Of a stretch of DNA of 64,000 nt, positions 28,213 through 34,331 are shown piece by piece; positions within the stretch are counted from its first letter, which is position 1, and the number at the start of each line of letters is the position of its first letter. A program made the translations under genes and the position numbers. This DNA is from Pseudomonas phage vB_Paer_PsCh, in the sequence record OM870969.1, one strand, 5' to 3'. Below the pieces are notes generated by a model. That model had not been told where the DNA came from and made no database searches. It was given only the letters and a program-made list of their open reading frames with translations.

Positions 28213-28528
28213 TAGCCTTGACAAGAAAATAATCCGTGGTAAAGTGTGAGGCCTGCTGGAGAGAAATGTCCACGTCACTCACCGGCCAGCAGTATAGCGT
28301 ATGAAGAGGAAAGCTGCAAGCGCATCCTGAGTCGAATCTGAGAACAGGGCAGCGACGACCCGAAAGGGGAAAGCTCAGAGCCTATAAGGAGCCCATGCTC
28401 CCCGCTCACCGACTCATCTGCATAATGAGAGCGAGAGGCAGACCAGAGGCATGTCTTAGGCGGAAAATCCGTATGGCAAGCCTAGGGACAGGTCTGCCTC
28501 CACTACCGATCTATCTGCATACAAGAGC

Positions 28529-28557
28529 TTGACAGTATCCTGTAAACCGTTTAGAGT
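28529..28557 (+). promoter_or_regulatory. sigma70-like early promoter
   Basis: TTGACA (28529-34), 17-nt spacer, TAGAGT (28552-57). Sits 30 nt upstream of the first rightward early gene. Confidence 0.5.
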
Positions 28558-28588
28558 AATCTCAAATCAACCGCAGAGGAGTGTATAA

Positions 28589-28786
28589 ATGAAGCATGTT
28601 ATTCACCGTGAAGACCTTATCGACCTACTACGTGATCGTATGAAGCTTGAAGCTCTAGAAGCTGGCGGGGTGGACAACTGGGACTGGTATGAGGCCTCGC
28701 TAATCGACTGCGGATACTTCGATGACGATGGCCGGGAGCTAGAGGTCGAAGCTCTTGCAGATTGCTTCCCAACCGTAGGTGCGTGA
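28589..28786 (+). CDS. highly acidic small early protein
   Basis: 65 aa with about 17 Asp/Glu against 6 basic residues. RBS GAGGAG. First gene of the rightward early operon. Confidence 0.5.
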   Translation: MKHVIHREDLIDLLRDRMKLEALEAGGVDNWDWYEASLIDCGYFDDDGRELEVEALADCFPTVGA

Positions 28787-29274
28787 CCGTGGAGGAGTCG
28801 AAAGCTACCTTCAAAGACCCTTACCCTAGGTTCTTCGACGCTTCTCGTAGGTATGGCGAAACCAACGACTGCATGGTGGTGAGCTTTGCAGTCGTATGGA
28901 ACACCACCTATGAAAAGGCACACCAGCACCTGAAAGTGAAGTGCAAGCGCGGTTACCGGCAAGGGGCTACTCAGAAGCGCTTCAGCTACGCAGACACTTG
29001 GTGCCCTAAGACCCGGATGCTCTACCGGGAGGATGCTAAGGATAAGACTCTTAGGCAGTTTGCTGAGGAAAACCCTGAAGGTCGGTTCTGGATCGCGGTA
29101 AAGGGGCATGCTGTTGCAATCGTCGACGGAGTGTTGTACGATCACACTAATGACAAGAGACGTACCATCTGGCACTGCTGGCAAGTGTGGCCGGGGGAGG
29201 CACCTGAGAAAATCGAGAGGAAGCCTGATCCAATCTCACCTCCTGTGAGAAAGGCCCCGGACTGGTATGTCTAA
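28762..29274 (+). CDS. hypothetical protein with Cys...His pair (possible papain-like hydrolase)
   Basis: 170-aa ORF; start uncertain (ATG 28762 overlaps the upstream gene; alternative GTG 28786). Contains NDCMVVSFAVVW and GHAVAIVDGVLYDH. Confidence 0.4.
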   Translation: MLPNRRCVTVEESKATFKDPYPRFFDASRRYGETNDCMVVSFAVVWNTTYEKAHQHLKVKCKRGYRQGATQKRFSYADTWCPKTRMLYREDAKDKTLRQFAEENPEGRFWIAVKGHAVAIVDGVLYDHTNDKRRTIWHCWQVWPGEAPEKIERKPDPISPPVRKAPDWYV

Positions 29275-29307
29275 ACACAAACATCTGAAGTACAAAGAGG
29301 AGGATTT

Positions 29308-29562
29308 ATGGAAATTATTTCGAGAGGGACGCTCCCTCAAGAGGCTTTGTTTACTGCTAAGTGTCACCATTGCCTAAGCATTCTCCGAGCTAAGAGATCG
29401 GAACTTGAGTATGTTTCGTTCTCATTCTGTCGGCCCGGGGAGACTGGGTATTATTTCGCAGAGTGCCCTGTCTGTCACGAAGAGGTGTCTGCTTGGGTTG
29501 CGGCTCCTGTCATTCCTGTGGCACCGGCCACCACGGAGTATATCACAAAGGAGCGTAAATAA
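29308..29562 (+). CDS. zinc-ribbon protein
   Basis: 84 aa, RBS GAGGAGGA. CHHC..(35)..CPVCHE cysteine pairs. Confidence 0.5.
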   Translation: MEIISRGTLPQEALFTAKCHHCLSILRAKRSELEYVSFSFCRPGETGYYFAECPVCHEEVSAWVAAPVIPVAPATTEYITKERK

Positions 29563-29563
29563 T

Positions 29564-29953
29564 ATGGACCAGTTAGCAGGATTCATGGGCGAACCTTTCG
29601 TAATTGCGTTCGACTACGACGAGACGATCAGTCTATACCCTTTGGCCTTCCAAGTCGTCATGGATACCTTCAGGGGCTTTGGAGGCGCTTTCAATGTGAT
29701 CGTAGTCACTGCACGCCACCCTGACAACAGCGGAGAGTTAGAGTGGCTACGGGACTACGGGTTCCCGATCTATTTCACGGCACAGAAGGCAAAGCGACCA
29801 TTCATGGAAAATCTTGGAATAAAAGTCTCTGTATGGGTTGACGACAACCCGTTCAGCGTGGATAATGACCTTCCTCCGTGGACAGTAGAGCAATACGATG
29901 CCTACATGGAGGCAAAGAAGCAACGAGCTATCAACAGAGGGAGTAAAGCATGA
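29564..29953 (+). CDS. HAD-superfamily phosphatase (minimal DxDxT type)
   Basis: 129 aa from ATG 29564. Motif I FDYDET (DxDxT), motif II VVTAR, motif IV VWVDDNP. Confidence 0.5.
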   Translation: MDQLAGFMGEPFVIAFDYDETISLYPLAFQVVMDTFRGFGGAFNVIVVTARHPDNSGELEWLRDYGFPIYFTAQKAKRPFMENLGIKVSVWVDDNPFSVDNDLPPWTVEQYDAYMEAKKQRAINRGSKA

Positions 29954-30615
29954 GCGAGATTATGAAGGTTGAAGTGGGAGATCGGGTGGTCCTTAAGGCC
30001 TATTGCGATACATACACTGGATGTGCAAAGCGATGGGCGAAGGCGCATGGTCGTTTGGATGAACTGCTAGCTACGGGGTTTGTAGAAGACAGTTGGGTCC
30101 ACACCGACGAACTGGCCGGAGGCTTGAAAGGCACCGTTGTGATGACTGAACTGGGACTGAAGGAAGAGTGCTGTGCAGTACGTCTAGACGCCTACACTGA
30201 CCACAGGGCTGTTGTAGTTGTTGACGCTTCTGATCTTTACATCGCATGTAAGGCAGAAAAAGCTCCCGTAAGCACCCTAGACGAGGCCTTCGGTTGTGAC
30301 CACGACTACCTTATGGACTCTCCGGCTAACGCTCAGCGACTGAATGAGTCTGTCGAGCAGCTACGGACTGGTCAAGTCGTAGAAGTGGACGTGCCTATGA
30401 GTGTAAAGCAAGACGAAACTCCACCTGTCGTAGTGCATGTAGTAGAGAAGATTTACGATAGGAAAGGTAACGTACACCTCATTCTACAGTATGAGGTAGC
30501 AGGGGCGCTAATCAGGACGGTGGTTGAACAGGGAGAACTCATTTACTTCTTGGATGAAATGCAAGGTATGTACTTGACCAAGATTCAATTGGAGGTGAAC
30601 AATGGAGTTGTATGA
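29950..30615 (+). CDS. hypothetical protein
   Basis: 221-aa ORF with an ATGA overlap with the upstream gene. Confidence 0.5.
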   Translation: MSEIMKVEVGDRVVLKAYCDTYTGCAKRWAKAHGRLDELLATGFVEDSWVHTDELAGGLKGTVVMTELGLKEECCAVRLDAYTDHRAVVVVDASDLYIACKAEKAPVSTLDEAFGCDHDYLMDSPANAQRLNESVEQLRTGQVVEVDVPMSVKQDETPPVVVHVVEKIYDRKGNVHLILQYEVAGALIRTVVEQGELIYFLDEMQGMYLTKIQLEVNNGVV

Positions 30616-30766
30616 CCAGTGGCGTAAGTATATGAGCGTCGTAATCTTAGAAGAAGAAGATAATGAGCGTCAGTGCATGCGGCTTATTGAGGCAGTTGGC
30701 GAACTCGATCCCTATATCCAAGATTTCCTAGATTCTTTCTCTATTAAAACTGAAGGAGGTGTGTAA
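30602..30766 (+). CDS. small hypothetical protein
   Basis: 54-aa ORF with strong RBS GGAGGTGAACA. Overlaps the previous gene's end; not in the ORF track because it is under 60 aa. Confidence 0.3.
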   Translation: MELYDQWRKYMSVVILEEEDNERQCMRLIEAVGELDPYIQDFLDSFSIKTEGGV

Positions 30767-30768
30767 GC

Positions 30769-31071
30769 ATGAGTCAGAGTAAGCGCGATGAGATTGTAGT
30801 TGAAGCACGTGGGCTAGAGAGCTACTTCATTTCCCACTGGAACGGCTGGGATGTGCTGGACACTGCTTGTCTCGGATTTTATATCAAACCTGAGTATGTT
30901 CTTGACCCGGATATTCGAGAGCTTGAGCCTAGCTTCTTGGAGCTTGATTTCGAGCGTTGCCGTTTCCGATTCTGGGGAAATGAAGACGAAGGCGTGGACG
31001 GCAAACTCATGGAGGGCAAGTTGCAGATTATGACCAACTCCTTCGAGTACGTCTTCTTCAAGGAGGTTTGA
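30769..31071 (+). CDS. hypothetical protein
   Basis: 100-aa ORF, RBS GAAGGAGGTG. Confidence 0.45.
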   Translation: MSQSKRDEIVVEARGLESYFISHWNGWDVLDTACLGFYIKPEYVLDPDIRELEPSFLELDFERCRFRFWGNEDEGVDGKLMEGKLQIMTNSFEYVFFKEV

Positions 31072-31494
31072 GTGGCTAGACAGACTTACGAGTCTGCATC
31101 AGATAGGGCGGTCGAGGAAGCCGTCCGTTCTGAGCTTGAAGGGCGGTGGAAGTGTTCTCTTCATAAGCTACCTAGAGCCCACTATATGGATTGGGCAGCC
31201 TGCCGGAATGGAAAGGTTGTTAGCTTTGTGGAGCTTAAGGCTCGGAATAATGAAATGCAGAAATATCCCGACTTCTTTGTGTCCCAGATGAAGTGGCTCC
31301 ATGGGATCGAAATGCAAAGGGTGTTTGACATTCCCGCATTCCTTGTGGTAAAGTGGACGGACTATACAGGATATGTCAAAATGACAGCCAATGGCGTCAA
31401 CTACATGAGCATGGGTGGCAGGATTGACCGTGGAGACTGGCAAGACCAAGAAGTTATGGTCCATATCCCGCTGAAAGACTTCACACGTTTATAG
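31072..31494 (+). CDS. putative PD-(D/E)xK-type nuclease (GTG start)
   Basis: 140 aa with a GTG start and RBS AAGGAGG. D..(15)..VELK arrangement and a YPDFFV segment reminiscent of T7 endonuclease I-like resolvases. Weak assignment. Confidence 0.3.
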   Translation: MARQTYESASDRAVEEAVRSELEGRWKCSLHKLPRAHYMDWAACRNGKVVSFVELKARNNEMQKYPDFFVSQMKWLHGIEMQRVFDIPAFLVVKWTDYTGYVKMTANGVNYMSMGGRIDRGDWQDQEVMVHIPLKDFTRL

Positions 31495-31501
31495 GAGGAC
31501 A

Positions 31502-31621
31502 AATGAAACGACTCTGCTACCGTTGTCTGCATCTTGGAGAGCCTGTCATGCTCCGTCATAAGACGGGCATCTGGTATAAGGGTTGTAGTAAATGCGGATC
31601 AGGAGTATTCTATGGCTAAGA
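31502..31621 (+). CDS. small zinc-ribbon peptide
   Basis: 39 aa, RBS TAGGAGGA. CYRC..(17)..CSKC. Confidence 0.3.
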
Positions 31622-31740
31622 AGAATCCTGTGTTCAAGTTTCTGAATACAGTAAACAAGCCCTCAGTAGAGAGGGATAAAACCAAATACAGGCGGAAGCC
31701 TAAGCACAAGAAGAAGGAGCGATTAAATGAAGAAGGGTGA
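31614..31740 (+). CDS. small basic protein
   Basis: 42 aa from the ATG overlapping the previous stop (ATGGCTAA). Lys/Arg-rich C-terminus. Confidence 0.3.
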
Positions 31741-31918
31741 TAAAGTGAGGATCAATGACGACGCTGATACCATCTTCCGGGGCCGTGTTGCCACTATCAT
31801 CGCAGTAGACGAAGAGGGTTGCGTTATTGATGTGGGCAGCTACGAAGACGAAAGCGGAGAGCTTATCGAGTACCTTCACCTGTTCTTCGAGCGCTCTGAG
31901 TTGTCCAAGCAGGCGTAG
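31727..31918 (+). CDS. hypothetical protein
   Basis: 63-aa ORF with an ATGA overlap. Confidence 0.4.
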   Translation: MKKGDKVRINDDADTIFRGRVATIIAVDEEGCVIDVGSYEDESGELIEYLHLFFERSELSKQA

Positions 31919-31927
31919 GAGGGTATA

Positions 31928-32173
31928 ATGAACGGACCCGAGTGCAGATGGTGCGGAGAGAAAACTGAAGCTGAGTTTGTAGACGTTGGGCTTGGATGGA
32001 TGCAGCAAGTCACTGGAGGCATGTGTCACCAGTGTGGAGGGTATGAGAACGGTCACTACCAGAACGACGGAAGGCTCTCCGAGGTCGAGTTTGCCACCTA
32101 CTGGAGTGGTCCGTTCGAAGATTATGCGGATTTCTCGCCATTCAATCATATGAGAGAAGGCGACTCGCCATGA
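31928..32173 (+). CDS. zinc-finger protein
   Basis: 81 aa, RBS AGGAGGG. CRWCGEK..(23)..CHQCGG. Confidence 0.4.
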   Translation: MNGPECRWCGEKTEAEFVDVGLGWMQQVTGGMCHQCGGYENGHYQNDGRLSEVEFATYWSGPFEDYADFSPFNHMREGDSP

Positions 32174-32355
32174 AGGCTACACTGAGAAACCACAATCTGC
32201 TATACATCTACTTCCACACGTTCTCGGAAATGAATGAGTGGTTGACAGAGAACGCTGTAGATCAATGGACAGTCACGACTCTGGGCTCCGGCTATCAGGT
32301 GGCTGTTCCTATGGACCGTGCAATGCGGGACCAATACGTCTCGGAGAGGGGTTGA
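32170..32355 (+). CDS. hypothetical protein
   Basis: 61-aa ORF with an ATGA overlap. Confidence 0.4.
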   Translation: MKATLRNHNLLYIYFHTFSEMNEWLTENAVDQWTVTTLGSGYQVAVPMDRAMRDQYVSERG

Positions 32356-32380
32356 CACGAACACAAGGTGATGCTAAACT
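32352..32380 (+). promoter_or_regulatory. sigma70-like promoter upstream of primase-helicase
   Basis: TTGACA (32352-57), 17-nt spacer, TAAACT. Confidence 0.45.
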
Positions 32381-32408
32381 CCGTGGTTGTCTGAAGTAAG
32401 GAGGTTTT

Positions 32409-34271
32409 ATGTCCAAAATGACCGTGGCCCAAATTGCGGCTATGCACGGTATCGATTTGTATTCTGACCACAAGACCGCTTGTCCCCAATGCCGGAAGAA
32501 AGGCGCGGACAACAGCGGAGACAACCTGAAGGTTTATGGGACGGATCGTAATACCGGGGAACACAAAGGTGCCTATTGTTGGGCGTGTGGGTACACCTTG
32601 CTCTCTGAAGAGCAGGAAAGAGACGCCCGGGGAGAAGACGAAGAGGAGTGGAATTTCGTGGGAACTGAATTTAACGCAGAGATCAACGCTCAAATTAAAG
32701 AGCAGTGCTCGTATGATCCGCGTGGTTATCGTGGCCTGTCCAAGGAAACTTGCCAGTATTTCGGAGTGCTACATGGTTTCGACCCGGAGACTGGCGAGAT
32801 TGCAACTCAGCTATATCCTACTACTACTAATTACGAACTCACTGGTTACAAACAGCGGATCATGCCGAAGAACTTCTCTGAGCCTATCGGAGAGACAGGT
32901 AAGGATTGCGAGCTTTTTGGTCAGTTCCGGTTCAAGAATAGCAACAGCAAGAAGGTGCTTATTGTAGGCGGTGAGGTTGACCAGCTATCAGCATTCCAGA
33001 TGCTCAAGGAGTATGACGACCGGCGAGCAGGCGGTAAGAGTGATTATGAACCGACTCCAGTGGTCAGCCCTACTATCGGTGAGAGTGGGGCATGGAAGCA
33101 GCTACAGGCTCAGTATGAGTGGCTAGACCGGTTCGAGCAAATCATTCTCTGTTTCGACAGCGATGACGCAGGACGAGAGGCAGCAGACAAGGCCGCCGAT
33201 AAGCTTCCGAAGGGCAAGGTGTTCATGATGGAAATGAACCGTAAAGACCCTAACGAGTATTTGAAAGCTGGGCGTCAATCGGAGTTTGTCAGTGCATTCT
33301 ATCGAGCCCGTACATGGACCCCTAGCGGTATTGTAGGGTCTGATGCACTCGACGCTCGAATGTATGAAGCTGTTCAGGTTGAGAAGATTCCTCTGCCACC
33401 GTTCGCTAAGAAGCTCCAGAAGGCTATGGCGGGAGGCATCCCTTTGGGCCGGATTGTGAATATCGGCGCTGCATCGGGAATGGGTAAATCTACTGTAGTG
33501 GACGAGTTCACTCTGTTCTGGATTTATAACTCGCCTCATATGCCGGGTACTGTGACTCTGGAATCGGACTGCGGGGAATACGCAATCAAGCTGCTGAGCC
33601 GGAAGGTAGGTGAGAAGGCAGATTTGTACGAGACTGTTGAAGAGAAAGTGGCGTTCCTTGATCGGCATCGTGATGCTCGCTACGACTTGTGGCACAAAGA
33701 AGATGGGAGTCCTCGCTTCTATCTGATCGATGACCGAGACGGAAGCCTAGCAGCCCTCAAGGCTCAAATCGAGCAACTGATTATTCAGTTTGAGTGCCGT
33801 GTTATTATTCTGGACCCGCTTCAGGATATTCTGGACGGATTGAGCAACGAAGAGCAGTCGGTATTCATGCGCTGGCAAAAGGGTATGACCAAGAGCCACC
33901 GAGTGACGTTCATCAACATCAACCACGTCCGTAAGAGTGGTGGTGGTCAGAAGGCTAACTCGGCAGGTGCTGAACTGTACGAAGAAGATTTCCAAGGGTC
34001 TTCGTCCATCTTCAAATCTGGTGCAGCTAACATCCTGATGTGGCGGAACAAGGACGCGGAGAACGAGTTCGAAAAGAACCTGATTAACGTGAAGCTCTCT
34101 AAGTGCCGATGGACTGGCCGCACTGGAATGATGGGCAATTGGTACTACGACGTTGAGACTCATACGATCTGGGACTTGGACGACTATCTGGACCGATATC
34201 CTGACAAGCGCCGTGAGTATGAGGCTTGGATGGCTCAGAAGGAAGAGGAAGGCCGAGACACGGAATACTAA
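32409..34271 (+). CDS. DNA primase-helicase (T7 gp4-like)
   Basis: 620 aa. N-terminal Cys4 zinc ribbon (CPQCRKKG..CWACGY) and TOPRIM-like acidic region. Walker A GAASGMGKST in the DnaB-family C-terminal helicase domain. Confidence 0.85.
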   Translation: MSKMTVAQIAAMHGIDLYSDHKTACPQCRKKGADNSGDNLKVYGTDRNTGEHKGAYCWACGYTLLSEEQERDARGEDEEEWNFVGTEFNAEINAQIKEQCSYDPRGYRGLSKETCQYFGVLHGFDPETGEIATQLYPTTTNYELTGYKQRIMPKNFSEPIGETGKDCELFGQFRFKNSNSKKVLIVGGEVDQLSAFQMLKEYDDRRAGGKSDYEPTPVVSPTIGESGAWKQLQAQYEWLDRFEQIILCFDSDDAGREAADKAADKLPKGKVFMMEMNRKDPNEYLKAGRQSEFVSAFYRARTWTPSGIVGSDALDARMYEAVQVEKIPLPPFAKKLQKAMAGGIPLGRIVNIGAASGMGKSTVVDEFTLFWIYNSPHMPGTVTLESDCGEYAIKLLSRKVGEKADLYETVEEKVAFLDRHRDARYDLWHKEDGSPRFYLIDDRDGSLAALKAQIEQLIIQFECRVIILDPLQDILDGLSNEEQSVFMRWQKGMTKSHRVTFININHVRKSGGGQKANSAGAELYEEDFQGSSSIFKSGAANILMWRNKDAENEFEKNLINVKLSKCRWTGRTGMMGNWYYDVETHTIWDLDDYLDRYPDKRREYEAWMAQKEEEGRDTEY

Positions 34272-34273
34272 GG

Positions 34274-34302
34274 TTGACAGAGGGGTGATGCTTATGTATC
34301 AT
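34274..34302 (+). promoter_or_regulatory. sigma70-like promoter upstream of DNA polymerase
   Basis: TTGACA (34274-79), 17-nt spacer, TATCAT. Confidence 0.5.
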
Positions 34303-34331
34303 CCCTTTCGTCGTTTACAGGAGGAAAGGAA

